From Candidatus Collierbacteria bacterium GW2011_GWA2_42_17 (GTDB taxonomy: Bacteria > Patescibacteriota > Microgenomatia > UBA1400 > MFAQ01), in NCBI GenBank assembly GCA_000998275.1, contig LCDA01000006.1, positions 1 to 48,677 of the forward strand: 48,677 nt of DNA, given 5' to 3'. Within the stretch, counting starts at the first letter, position 1, and every line of letters begins with the position of its first letter. Both the position numbers and the translations under genes were made by a program. Positions 38,756 through 48,435 of the stretch are shown here, one piece after another. A model generated the notes under the pieces. That model saw only the letters and a program-made list of their open reading frames with translations, did no database searches and was not told where the DNA came from.

Positions 38756-39428
38756 GCCTAAGTGTTTTTTCTGTCTTGTTCCCGGCAATATCCGAAGCCT
38801 CAATCTTTATAATATTTTCTCCACCTGTTAGCATAAAGCGATGAACGAATGCTCCACTTCTATCAACTAAAACGAAAGAGCCATTGATTAGAACTTGACT
38901 CCCCGTTTTATTTACTTCACCCTTGATATCGATTACTTGATTAATTTTTCCAAAATACTCGCTTCCGTCTTTGGGTGAGGAAACAACCAGCTCAATCGGT
39001 TTATTGTCGTAAGTGATCAAAGTCACCTCAGACATACTTTCATTACCCTTTTCGTCTTTGGCTCGAAGCTGAATTCTATTTTGTCCAGAAATTAAAGTGG
39101 TTTCAAACACAAACGTGCCCGTTTCATCCGCTCTAATAATTTTATCTACTTGATCGTTTAACAGAAGTTCAACACTAGCTCCGGCCTCGGTAAAGCCTTC
39201 AATTGTCAACCTGGCGCTATTGGTTGCATCTGGTATGGCGGAAATTATGGGGGATTGTGGTGGAATGATATCGTTATCCGTATTTATTCTCTGAGCACCA
39301 TTTCCGGCAACTAAGTTCATAAACAAAGGTAGTCCCCATTTGAACATCACAAACACAAAAACCACGGAGAGAAAAATATAGAATCTTGACCGACTCTTTT
39401 TTTGTGATTGTTTATATCTTCCTGTCAT
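38739..39428 (-). CDS. Membrane-anchored protein with two Ig-like domains
   Basis: N-terminal TM, DIIPPQSP; repeated GQNRIQLRAKDEKGN / GENIIKIEASDIAGN. Confidence 0.7.
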   Translation of the reverse strand: MTGRYKQSQKKSRSRFYIFLSVVFVFVMFKWGLPLFMNLVAGNGAQRINTDNDIIPPQSPIISAIPDATNSARLTIEGFTEAGASVELLLNDQVDKIIRADETGTFVFETTLISGQNRIQLRAKDEKGNESMSEVTLITYDNKPIELVVSSPKDGSEYFGKINQVIDIKGEVNKTGSQVLINGSFVLVDRSGAFVHRFMLTGGENIIKIEASDIAGNKTEKTLRLIYTP

Positions 39429-39462
39429 ATTAATGTTTAGTATAATCCATCCTAGTATATAT

Positions 39463-39533
39463 GCGGGATTAGTACATCGGTAGTACGTATCCTTCCCAAG
39501 GATAAGAGGCCGGTCCGATTCCGGTATCCCGCT
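39463..39533 (+). tRNA. tRNA-Gly(CCC)
   Basis: Acceptor GCGGGAT/ATCCCGC, U73, D-stem GTAC/GTAC, anticodon stem TATCC/GGATA with loop TT-CCC-AA. CCA is not fully encoded. Confidence 0.9.
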
Positions 39534-39567
39534 CCCAAGCAGATTAAAAATTTGTTAAACTAAATGA

Positions 39568-40512
39568 ATGCCCTTGCATATCACGCTATACGTTTTAGGT
39601 TTTATCGGTATTTGGCTTGGAGCCGGCCTGATAATTTCATCGGTTGAAAAGTTTTCTCACAAACTAAAACTTTCCTCATTTTCCGTCTCCTTTCTCATCC
39701 TCGGTTTGTTTACCTCTCTCGGAGAGATTTCAGTAGGAATTACTTCAGTCCTGGACAATGATCCGGAAATCTTTGTGGGTAATTTAATTGGTGCTTCAAT
39801 TGTCCTTTTTACCCTGGTCATTCCCTTACTCGCCATCACGGGTAAAAAAATAAAAATAAATCCCGAGTTTCAAAATTTTAATCTCATCTCCTCCCTTGTT
39901 GTTATTGGTATGCCGGTAATTCTTTCTTTCGATGGCAAAATAGATAGGCTAGATGGAATTATTTCCCTCATTTTATTTGTCTTTGCCGCCGTCTTGATCG
40001 AGTCAAAAAGAGGACTACTCCAAAAACCATCAACGGTTGTTCACCACCACATTTTAAGAGTTGGACCCGAGATCCTCAAAATAGTCGTCGGCGTTCTCAT
40101 TGTCTATTTAAGTAGCAATAGCGTTGTTGAACAAACAATGTATTTTTCTCAAATTCTTAGAATCTCTCCCTTTCTCATTAGTCTTGTCTTGGTTTCACTA
40201 GGAACTAATCTCCCCGAACTCTCCTTAGTGGTCAGAACAGTCTTTTTTAAAGACAAAGAAATTGCCTTTGGCGACTACGTTGGCTCTGCTTCCTACAACA
40301 CTCTTATCTTTGGTGGTCTTACTTTATGGTACGGGAAAACAATCTTCCTTAACAATAGTTACATTATCAGTTTATTGGTTTTAATTATCGGACTTTTTCT
40401 TTTCTATCTCTTTGCCAAAAGCAAAAATACTCTCACCAGGAAGGAAGGCTTTTGTCTTCTTTATCTCTATCTTCTTTTTGTTTATGTAGAGGTCACTCTC
40501 CACGTTGTTTGA
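39568..40512 (+). CDS. CaCA-family Na+/Ca2+ antiporter (YrbG-like)
   Basis: alpha-1 repeat LFTSLGEI...GNLIGAS and alpha-2 repeat LGTNLPEL...GDYVGS. Confidence 0.85.
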   Translation: MPLHITLYVLGFIGIWLGAGLIISSVEKFSHKLKLSSFSVSFLILGLFTSLGEISVGITSVLDNDPEIFVGNLIGASIVLFTLVIPLLAITGKKIKINPEFQNFNLISSLVVIGMPVILSFDGKIDRLDGIISLILFVFAAVLIESKRGLLQKPSTVVHHHILRVGPEILKIVVGVLIVYLSSNSVVEQTMYFSQILRISPFLISLVLVSLGTNLPELSLVVRTVFFKDKEIAFGDYVGSASYNTLIFGGLTLWYGKTIFLNNSYIISLLVLIIGLFLFYLFAKSKNTLTRKEGFCLLYLYLLFVYVEVTLHVV

Positions 40513-40524
40513 CGACATCAAAAT

Positions 40525-41226
40525 TTAAGGGGAAAGAAGCTTTATCAAATCATCGACCACCCAATCTAACTCTCCCGTTTCATTGATAGCGATATATTCT
40601 GCATCGCAAACAAATGGAATATCAATTTCTGTCTGAGCAATTCTCTTATCAACAAATTTTGGATCACCCGATCGATCCAACAATCTTTTTTGTAGTATTT
40701 CGATGGTTGGGGGAACCACAAACACATATATCAAGTTAATTTTGTCAAACATCCATTCTCGTTTTCTCCACATCTCAGAATAAAAACGAGAACCTTTTGG
40801 CTCGATTCTTAGTATAGGAATTTCATAGGTCTCAAAAGCTTTTTCAAAAACGGAAGTCAACGAACAGTAATGATCACCGGCATACTCCACCCACTCGACC
40901 ACATCTCCACCCGCTAAAGCTTTTTGAAAAGCCTCTTCCGTCAATCTAACATAAGTGTCATTTTCTTCGGTTTCATTCGGTCGTCTGCCGCGTGTAGTAC
41001 ATGTCCTGACCCAACCAAACCGGTTATCTCTATCAATAAGCGCTTGAGTAATTGTATCTTTCCCAGCTCCAGACAAACCTCCAATAATAAGAAGAGTCAT
41101 CTTTTTTCCGTCAGCATCTTTTTTTTGTTCTTCAATGCGGGAGAGCAATCCATAAATCGTCTCAGTCACCTGAACCAAATCGTTTTTATCTTCGACAAAA
41201 CTATGTAAATACTCAGGGAACTTCAT
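40525..41226 (-). CDS. gmk: Guanylate kinase
   Basis: GLSGAGKDT P-loop, TTRGRRPNE, FVVPPTIEILQKRLLDR. Confidence 0.85.
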   Translation of the reverse strand: MKFPEYLHSFVEDKNDLVQVTETIYGLLSRIEEQKKDADGKKMTLLIIGGLSGAGKDTITQALIDRDNRFGWVRTCTTRGRRPNETEENDTYVRLTEEAFQKALAGGDVVEWVEYAGDHYCSLTSVFEKAFETYEIPILRIEPKGSRFYSEMWRKREWMFDKINLIYVFVVPPTIEILQKRLLDRSGDPKFVDKRIAQTEIDIPFVCDAEYIAINETGELDWVVDDLIKLLSP

Positions 41227-41314
41227 ATAACCAAGTATAGATGGTTAAGTTCAATATGCATATTGTATATTTTAAAGAGTCATAATAAACTTGGTGTGTA
41301 ATATCAATTACACT

Positions 41315-41914
41315 ATGAACTTCATCTTCGTTTTGGTATTTTCACTTTTGGTTACGGTTTCTGTTGGAACGCTAGTAAAAAGAGTAAACTTTCAAAAAAA
41401 ATCCGAACTTGTTTCACCCCTTGTCGTCGATACGAATATTACCCCGCAGCCAGAAATAATGGGCTCAAAAAGTAACTCCTCCGTTTTTGGTTGGCCAACT
41501 TTTATTAATAACTATTATGGTTACAAAATAAAGCATCCCTTGGATGTTTCTATCAAAAATAGAAAAAACGGAAACATCGACCTACAAAAATCGGGATCTA
41601 TAAATTTATCAATTACCCAGGACATTCTCGCCGAAAACGACACCGTCAACACCATGATTGAAAAAGCGATTACCAAAAGGAAAAACGAGTTAAAAGACAA
41701 ATTCACTCTTGTTAATTCTATTTCTCCCATTGCCTTGGGTTCTGTAACCGCCCAAACTTATACTTCATCGGAAAACGAAAAAAACATTACTTATTACTAT
41801 ATTCCCAGAGAAGATAATAAATATCTCCTGGTGATTAACCAAACGCCAAGTAACAATAATGCTGACTATCTAATCTCGGAAGATATTATTTACTCTCTGG
41901 AATTTATACCTTAA
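41315..41914 (+). CDS. Hypothetical membrane-anchored protein (PsbP-like fold possible)
   Basis: N-terminal TM; WPTFINNYYGYKIKHP and C-terminal IIYSLEF, a pattern common in CPR surface proteins. Start is uncertain (41291 or 41315). Confidence 0.55.
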   Translation: MNFIFVLVFSLLVTVSVGTLVKRVNFQKKSELVSPLVVDTNITPQPEIMGSKSNSSVFGWPTFINNYYGYKIKHPLDVSIKNRKNGNIDLQKSGSINLSITQDILAENDTVNTMIEKAITKRKNELKDKFTLVNSISPIALGSVTAQTYTSSENEKNITYYYIPREDNKYLLVINQTPSNNNADYLISEDIIYSLEFIP

Positions 41915-41942
41915 ACAGCCTTAATTGGTTTACAATAGTTCC

Positions 41943-42644
41943 GTGGCAAGTTTTTCCTATCGAATCCTACGAAAAAAAGGTATTGCCTCCAATGCCTCTA
42001 TAACAGTGTCTGCAGAAAGAGGGGTTGTTGTGAGGGCACCTTTTTGGATGCCCAAAGGAATTATTGAAAATTTTATTCAAGAAAAGTCGCTCTGGATTGA
42101 AAAGCATCTTGAACGTCTAAGTCTAAAAAAAATAACCAAACATTACTTCGAAGGAGAAAAACACCTTTATTTTGGAAAGGAATACTCTCTATCCATAGTA
42201 ACTACAAGGACACCCGGAAGAAGCAAGATCTCGCTGTTGGAAGACACCATCCAGGTAGAGTTATACGAAGGCTTGCCAAAAGAAAAACACCCCGAAAAAA
42301 TTGAAGAGGCTCTGTTGTACTGGTATTTGGAAAAGGGTATCGAAACTATTACCGAGAAAGTGAACTACTACTCACAGGAAATTGGGGTTGAGTACCAAAA
42401 AATAAATCTAAAAAAAGTCTCGTCAATCTGGGGCAGTTGTTCCCCCACAAACTGTTTAAGTTTCAATAGGAAACTCGTTATGGCTCCCCACGAGATAGTT
42501 GATTATGTTGTAATTCACGAAGTTGCACACATGGTGCATCGCAATCATGGTTCCGGCTTTTGGAATTTGGTCAAAAGCTTCGATCCACAATATAAATACC
42601 ATCGAAGATGGCTCAAGCTTAATCACCATCTTCTCTCTATCTAA
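41943..42644 (+). CDS. YgjP/DUF45 (M48-like) metallohydrolase
   Basis: VVVRAP, WGSCS, LSFNRKL, DYVVIHEVAH, NHGSGFW. GTG 41943 lies 6 nt after TACAAT. Confidence 0.88.
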   Translation: MASFSYRILRKKGIASNASITVSAERGVVVRAPFWMPKGIIENFIQEKSLWIEKHLERLSLKKITKHYFEGEKHLYFGKEYSLSIVTTRTPGRSKISLLEDTIQVELYEGLPKEKHPEKIEEALLYWYLEKGIETITEKVNYYSQEIGVEYQKINLKKVSSIWGSCSPTNCLSFNRKLVMAPHEIVDYVVIHEVAHMVHRNHGSGFWNLVKSFDPQYKYHRRWLKLNHHLLSI

Positions 42645-42666
42645 TATCCCTTATCCTTTCCAAATC

Positions 42667-43002
42667 ATGGCCATCATCAAAAACCTCTCCCAGAATAAGA
42701 CTTTAACCAAAACAGCAAAAGTTGCTACCTCTTTCTCCGATCGTTTGCTAGGCTTACTCAACCCTCACAACCCTCGTTATTTAATCTTCAAAACTCACTT
42801 CGGTATCCACACCTTCTTTATGAATGAGTCCATCGATGTTTTGCTTCTAGATAACGAACATAGAGTTATCAAAGCTGAAGAAAACCTAAAACCCTTTAAG
42901 CTATTTCTTTATCATCCTCGGTTTTCCACTGTTATTGAAATGCCCAAAGGCACCATCCAAAAAAATCATCCCCGTATAAATGATAAAATTTCTATTGAAT
43001 GA
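42667..43002 (+). CDS. DUF192-family protein
   Basis: ATSFSDRLLGLL, GIHTFFMNESIDVLLLD, VIEMPKG. Confidence 0.85.
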   Translation: MAIIKNLSQNKTLTKTAKVATSFSDRLLGLLNPHNPRYLIFKTHFGIHTFFMNESIDVLLLDNEHRVIKAEENLKPFKLFLYHPRFSTVIEMPKGTIQKNHPRINDKISIE

Positions 43003-43637
43003 AATCCGGTAAATGGCGGCGTCTACTTAATCGCCAAAACACAATTCTTTTTCTTTTTATTATCGTTAGTCTAATTTGCACCTCCGTTCCCTATTTTAAG
43101 TTTGATCTTCTAATCTCCGAAAAGATTCAAAGTATCAACTCGGTAGTATTTCAAAAAATTATGTGGTTTGTTTCCTCTATCGGGAATCAGCCCTTTATGA
43201 TTCTTATCGTTGCGACTCTTAGCTTTTTACTTTATCTATTTAAATTTCGTGCCGAAGCGGTTATTAGTTCCTTGTCTGCTGCGGGGAGCGCCCTGTCCGG
43301 GTCATTGATTAAGACACTTGTTGACCGTCCGCGACCCGACGCCGGTCTCGTCAACGTCTCTGTGTGGTTGTCAGACAAAAGTTATCCCAGCAATCACGTA
43401 CTGGTATTTACTGTCTATTTTGGTTTCCTACTTTATTTTTTAATGAAAAGACCCAAGAGGAAATTAAAGGGAACTATTTTACTTATTATCTTTGTTCTTC
43501 TCATTGCTTCAATCGGCATTTCTCGAATCTATTTGGGTGCTCACTGGGCTAGTGATGTTCTCGGTGGTTACCTTTTAGGAGTTCTATGGTTAATTTTAAC
43601 CATTTGGTTCTATAATTCGTACCATGGCAAAAGATAA
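42999..43637 (+). CDS. PAP2-family phosphatase (possible undecaprenyl-PP phosphatase)
   Basis: KTLVDRPRP, SYPSNH, SRIYLGAHWASDV. Confidence 0.9.
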   Translation: MKSGKWRRLLNRQNTILFLFIIVSLICTSVPYFKFDLLISEKIQSINSVVFQKIMWFVSSIGNQPFMILIVATLSFLLYLFKFRAEAVISSLSAAGSALSGSLIKTLVDRPRPDAGLVNVSVWLSDKSYPSNHVLVFTVYFGFLLYFLMKRPKRKLKGTILLIIFVLLIASIGISRIYLGAHWASDVLGGYLLGVLWLILTIWFYNSYHGKR

Positions 43638-44496
43638 ATACACGGCGATATGGATTTCACACACCTCAATCAATGACTATCTCAAATGTCCCAGAGCCTA
43701 TTTTCTAAAAAACGTTTATAAAGATCCCACCACCGGCCACAAAATTCAAATAATGACTCCGTCACTGGCTCTTGGTCAGGCAGTTCACGAAGTCATAGAC
43801 TCTCTGTCCGGTATCCCAACTTCGTCAAGAATGGATGAATCATTGGTTCTTAAGTTTGACAAAGTCTGGGAAAAATTTTCTGGAGAAAAGGGAGGCTTTG
43901 TTGGTGTCGGAGATGAGCACAAGTTTAAAGAAAGAGGCAAGGCGATGCTCAGACGTGTTATGGATAATCCGGGTCCGATCGGAAAACTTGCCGTAAAAAT
44001 CCAACAGGAACTTCCTCACTACTGGATTTCTGAAGATGAAAATATCGTCCTTTGCGGGAAGGTTGACTGGCTCGAATATGATGAAGCCTCCGACTCGGTT
44101 CATATCATCGACTTCAAAACAGGCAAAAAGAAGGAGGAAGAAGACTCTCTCCAGCTTCCCCTCTACCATCTTCTTGTTCATCACTGTCAAAAGAGACCGG
44201 TAACTCAAGCTAGTTACTGGTACCTCGAAACCGATGATAAACCCACGCAAAAATTATTACCGGATTTAAAAGAAGCTCACAGCAGGGTAATCGAGATCGG
44301 CAGAAGAATAAAGTTAGCCAGAAAACTCGAAAAGTTCGACTGTCCCGAAGATAGAAATGGTTGTATTCACTGCCGTCCGATGGAAAAAATACTAAAAGGG
44401 GAGGGGACTCTTGTAGACTCGAACTCGCAAAGAGATATCTATATCCTTCCTCGCAATGAAGTAGTGGAAGAGGAAACGGATAGTATTATTCTTTAG
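43624..44496 (+). CDS. PD-(D/E)XK nuclease, RecB/AddB/Cas4-like
   Basis: SHTSINDYLKCPRAY, GQAVHE, GKVD, IIDFKTG, QLPLY, C-terminal Cys cluster CPEDRNGCIHC. Confidence 0.85.
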   Translation: MAKDKYTAIWISHTSINDYLKCPRAYFLKNVYKDPTTGHKIQIMTPSLALGQAVHEVIDSLSGIPTSSRMDESLVLKFDKVWEKFSGEKGGFVGVGDEHKFKERGKAMLRRVMDNPGPIGKLAVKIQQELPHYWISEDENIVLCGKVDWLEYDEASDSVHIIDFKTGKKKEEEDSLQLPLYHLLVHHCQKRPVTQASYWYLETDDKPTQKLLPDLKEAHSRVIEIGRRIKLARKLEKFDCPEDRNGCIHCRPMEKILKGEGTLVDSNSQRDIYILPRNEVVEEETDSIIL

Positions 44497-45419
44497 TAAG
44501 CGGCAATCGCAACCCCAATTGTATTTTGGGCGTATACACACCCCCAGACGTACTCACCTCCCGCAAGCAAAGATCTATGCCCCAAGGTATTTTCCCAGGC
44601 AACCACGGCTTCGGTGGGTGTTGGATAACCTTGTATCAAGTACTCACTGATATTATATTTTTCCGATATCCACTTTAGATCTTCTCTATTCAGTACCGGC
44701 ACAAAACCTTCATGTCCATCCAATCTTCCCAATGTCAACAGTTGATTAAGTCTTATTGACGCAATGGTACAGAGTTCATCTCTCTGTTTTAGCGGATTCA
44801 CGCCCATTTCCACCCGTCTTTTGTTTATTGCCTCCCAAAGCTCAAGACCTCCCCAAGTAATCTTTGGTGTTGCCGGTTGTTTAACAACTGTTCTTGGAGA
44901 AGCCAAAAGAATATAGACATCAACTCTATCAACACTATTTTTAATGGCCACTCCCACATCGCGAAAACTAGGATGGTTTAAGGTCTCGCTGGTAGTTTTA
45001 TCGTTGTTCCAGTAAGCGACAATGTCATTACTTTTGAAAAAACCGGTTACTATTAACTCTCCAACCAAATTAGCGGTATAGCCTGCGTTTAACAACGCCT
45101 TTTCTCTGGTAATTCCCGTCACTGAGCCATCGACGTCGTTTTCCGACAGTATCACAGACAGTCTGGATTTTGCTGATTGGTCGAGCTTGGTGCTTCCCTT
45201 GAGCTTGGTCAAACCCTTTTTCTCACGAGCAGTATTTATTTTTAATAGTAACTCCTCTGCTGTCCAGTCGGCAATAAAATCTGCGCCCCGTTCTCTTTGA
45301 ATATAAAAACGCTGAGATGTCAGATCGGAAAAAAGACTTTTAAAATCGGTACCCCTAAGGAAAAAATAACCTATCGCCCCCATCACCAAAATTACCAAAA
45401 ACGTAACGATTTTTTTCAC
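44493..45419 (-). CDS. Exported protein with two CAP/SCP domains
   Basis: INTAREKKGL...VGE and INKRRVEMGVNPL...H...ISE...W.NTLGHRSLL. Confidence 0.8.
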   Translation of the reverse strand: MKKIVTFLVILVMGAIGYFFLRGTDFKSLFSDLTSQRFYIQRERGADFIADWTAEELLLKINTAREKKGLTKLKGSTKLDQSAKSRLSVILSENDVDGSVTGITREKALLNAGYTANLVGELIVTGFFKSNDIVAYWNNDKTTSETLNHPSFRDVGVAIKNSVDRVDVYILLASPRTVVKQPATPKITWGGLELWEAINKRRVEMGVNPLKQRDELCTIASIRLNQLLTLGRLDGHEGFVPVLNREDLKWISEKYNISEYLIQGYPTPTEAVVAWENTLGHRSLLAGGEYVWGCVYAQNTIGVAIAAY

Positions 45420-45466
45420 TACTATCAGTATATAAGAGAAATTGACCGAAGTTGTTATAATAAATT

Positions 45467-45772
45467 ATGAACATTATTTTCAATCCTCAGAAGATGGTCA
45501 TTAGTGACCGTCTAAAAAGAAGAATTGAAACTAAGTTTGAAACAGGTTTGGGAAAATACCTCAAACATTATCAGGAAGATCTCAAAATTGCCTCCCTTTC
45601 CATTGAAAAAGTTTCTCGCTCCGGTTATGAAATCAAGTTTGATATGAATCTGCCCGGCTGCCCGATAAACATTAAAGATACTCACAAGGTGTTGTTGGAC
45701 GGAGTGATTAGAGTCAGGGATAAAGCCAAACGGCAAATCCAAAAATATCTCGAGAAGCTAAGAGGCTATTAA
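45467..45772 (+). CDS. hpf: HPF/RaiA-like ribosome hibernation factor (short form)
   Basis: MNIIFN..KMVISDRLKRRIETKF, C-terminal DKAKRQIQKYLEKLR; S30AE-type pattern. Confidence 0.7.
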   Translation: MNIIFNPQKMVISDRLKRRIETKFETGLGKYLKHYQEDLKIASLSIEKVSRSGYEIKFDMNLPGCPINIKDTHKVLLDGVIRVRDKAKRQIQKYLEKLRGY

Positions 45773-45976
45773 TTATTTTTCCAGTGATATTGCTTGCGTT
45801 GGGCACGTCTCTATCGCAAGCTTGACATTTTCCACAACCACCCGGTCGGTTAAATCAGCCTCAGGGTTTTGAGCCGCTTTTCCCTTCTTACCAAACTTGA
45901 CCCCCATAGCTCCTTCGGAAATATCCTCACAGATATTGCATCCGATACATTTGTTTTCATCAACTACAATTTTCAT
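45773..45976 (-). CDS. Single-cluster ferredoxin
   Basis: MKIVVDENKCIGCNIC...CPTQAISL. Confidence 0.9.
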   Translation of the reverse strand: MKIVVDENKCIGCNICEDISEGAMGVKFGKKGKAAQNPEADLTDRVVVENVKLAIETCPTQAISLEK

Positions 45977-46015
45977 AAGCTAAATTGTAACCTGAACTGA
46001 GGATATAATCAAAAC

Positions 46016-46975
46016 ATGGCCAATATCATTAAATGTCCCAACTGCAACGAAGAGATTGAAATTACCGAAGCTCTTAGTCAAACAATTAAGGCGGATTTAG
46101 AAAAAGAACTCACTGAAAAAATAAAGGAGAAGTATGCCGAAGAGTCTTTGAGTAAAACCAAACTTCTAGAAGAAGAACTAAAGACAAAAAATCAAAAACT
46201 GGAAGAAGCCAGAGATGCCGAACTTAAAATAAGACAAGAAAAACTCAAACTGGAAGACGAAAAAAAGTCGTTTGAGTTGGACAAACAACGCCAACTGGAT
46301 GAGGAGAGAAACAAAATCCGTCAGCAAACCCTTCTCGAGGCCAGCGACTCACACAGATTAAAAGATATGGAGAAGGAAAAAATGATTAGTGATCTCAAAA
46401 AAGCTCTTGAAGATGCTCAACTCAAAGCCAATCAGGGTTCCCAACAGCTCCAGGGAGAGGTTTTGGAACTCGACCTCGAAGATTATCTTCGATCTGCCTT
46501 TCCCCTAGATGAAATTAATCCTGTCGGCAAGGGAGTCAGAGGAGCCGATGTTAGTCAGGTGGTGAAAACTAGTCTGGGTACTGTTTGCGGCGTGATTCTC
46601 TGGGAATCAAAAAGAACAAAAGCCTGGGTTGACGACTGGGCCACCAAACTAAAAGCCGACCTACGAGCCTCAAAAGCCAATATTCCGGTAATTGTTACGA
46701 CGGTTTTACCAAAGTCTCTCAAGACAGGTTTTGGTTTTTATGATGGAGTCTGGGTCACCGAACCCGCTTTCACTCAACCGCTCGCCGAGATACTTAGGAA
46801 AAATTTGATTGATGTCGCCAGAGAAAAACATCATGGCAACGATCGAGGCACAAAGGCCGATATGATTTATTCTTATCTAACAAGTGATGCTTTTGTCCAG
46901 CAGATTCAAAACATTATCGAAGTTCACCAAAAATCTCTTCCGTCGGTAAAAGGTTTGGATCTTTTGGAATCTTAA
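46016..46975 (+). CDS. DUF2130-family protein, apparently missing part of its C-terminal region
   Basis: IKCPNC, coiled coil, QGSQQLQGEVLELDLE, FPLDEI..VGKGVRGAD, WESKRTKAW. Confidence 0.85.
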   Translation: MANIIKCPNCNEEIEITEALSQTIKADLEKELTEKIKEKYAEESLSKTKLLEEELKTKNQKLEEARDAELKIRQEKLKLEDEKKSFELDKQRQLDEERNKIRQQTLLEASDSHRLKDMEKEKMISDLKKALEDAQLKANQGSQQLQGEVLELDLEDYLRSAFPLDEINPVGKGVRGADVSQVVKTSLGTVCGVILWESKRTKAWVDDWATKLKADLRASKANIPVIVTTVLPKSLKTGFGFYDGVWVTEPAFTQPLAEILRKNLIDVAREKHHGNDRGTKADMIYSYLTSDAFVQQIQNIIEVHQKSLPSVKGLDLLES

Positions 46976-48385
46976 CTATATCTTAAGTAGGGCTACTGCA
47001 TTAGTTGAACCTTCTTTGTAGTAACTCTGTCCGTGAATCACTATAATGGTGTCGCCTTTCATCAGCTCTCCCGATTTTACAAGATTGTTAATGGCCGGAT
47101 TCGGAAGCACAAACTCCCCTTCGTGGATATCGGTTCGAATGGCCCTGACTCCGTATGATAGAGATAACTCCTCAACTGTTTTTTGATCTTGAGTCATTGC
47201 GACAACCGGCACCTTTGGACGCAAACGAGAAACAGACTTTGCCGTCAAACCGGATCGGGTAAAAACAAGGATCATCTTAATCTTAATTAATTCTTGATTG
47301 AGTAGTTCTCTGGTTGAGTTAATAATAATATCCGTTTCATTTTTTGGTTCAATTTTAAAATCAATAAGCCGATATGTTTGTTCGTTATACTGGGCAATCT
47401 TTGACATCTCCGCTACCGCGTTTACAGGGTATTTTCCACTGGCAGTTTCTCCGGAAAGCATCAAAGCATCGGTTCCGTCCAGTACGGCATTGGCTACATC
47501 AGTTGCTTCGGCTCTGGTTGGTCTCGGGCTCGAGGTCATTGATTGCAGCATCTGCGTGGCCGTAATTACCGGTTTATTGGCCATCCGGCATTTGGCGATG
47601 ATGGTTTTTTGCCAATAGGCGAGCTGCTCGATCGGAACCTCAATCCCCAGATCACCTCTGGCAACCATCACGGCATCTGTTGCCTCAATTAACTCATCCA
47701 AATTTCGCAATGCCTGGAGACTTTCTATTTTAGCTACAATCATTGCTTTAATTTTTCTCTCCGCCATTTCTTGACGCAAAAGTTCAATGTCCTTTTTTGT
47801 TCTGGAAAAGGACAACGCTACAAAATCGACCCTCTTTGTTGTTGCCATATCCAACCTTTTGAGATCTTCGTGAATTAATGACGGTAAATTCATCTCTACT
47901 CCGGGGAAGTTAACACCCTTCCTATGTCCGATTTCTCCCTCAACACTTGACTCCGCGACGATTAAGTCTTTTTTAACACTGATAATTTCAAGTTCAATTG
48001 CGCCATCATCAATCAGAATATGATCTCCTTTTTTTACGGTACGAAATACTAATTCGTGGGGAATACAAATCGAGTCAACACCCGGAATAAATGAAGGTGT
48101 AATCATCACCCTTTGTCCTTTTTCCACCGGAAAGGGGAGTTTGTCTACGGTTATTAATCGAATCTCCGGTCCTTGTAGATCAATCAGAATGCCAATGTTT
48201 GCCTTCAACTCAGCCGCTATCGTTTGTACTCTATTAATTCGTTCTTCGTGCCATTCTGTAGTTCCGTGCTTAGTATTAAAACGAAAAACATTTACCCCGG
48301 CGTTAATTAATTTTTTAATCGTCTCCGGTGAGTCGCTTGCAGGACCAAGAGTGGCTACAATCTTCGTTAGTCTGTCACTGGTCAT
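46976..48385 (-). CDS. pyk: Pyruvate kinase
   Basis: TKIVATLGPAS, DLQGPEIR, AKIES, MVARGDLG, ATQML, PTRAE, MLSGETA. Confidence 0.97.
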   Translation of the reverse strand: MTSDRLTKIVATLGPASDSPETIKKLINAGVNVFRFNTKHGTTEWHEERINRVQTIAAELKANIGILIDLQGPEIRLITVDKLPFPVEKGQRVMITPSFIPGVDSICIPHELVFRTVKKGDHILIDDGAIELEIISVKKDLIVAESSVEGEIGHRKGVNFPGVEMNLPSLIHEDLKRLDMATTKRVDFVALSFSRTKKDIELLRQEMAERKIKAMIVAKIESLQALRNLDELIEATDAVMVARGDLGIEVPIEQLAYWQKTIIAKCRMANKPVITATQMLQSMTSSPRPTRAEATDVANAVLDGTDALMLSGETASGKYPVNAVAEMSKIAQYNEQTYRLIDFKIEPKNETDIIINSTRELLNQELIKIKMILVFTRSGLTAKSVSRLRPKVPVVAMTQDQKTVEELSLSYGVRAIRTDIHEGEFVLPNPAINNLVKSGELMKGDTIIVIHGQSYYKEGSTNAVALLKI

Positions 48386-48435
48386 AAATTAAGTATATCC
48401 TTCATTAAGTATTGTCGTGATAACATGAGTTTGTC

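Noticed and set aside
43624..44496. CRISPR-Cas locus suggested by a Cas4-like gene
   Set aside because: No repeat-spacer array, cas1 or cas2 seen anywhere in the window.
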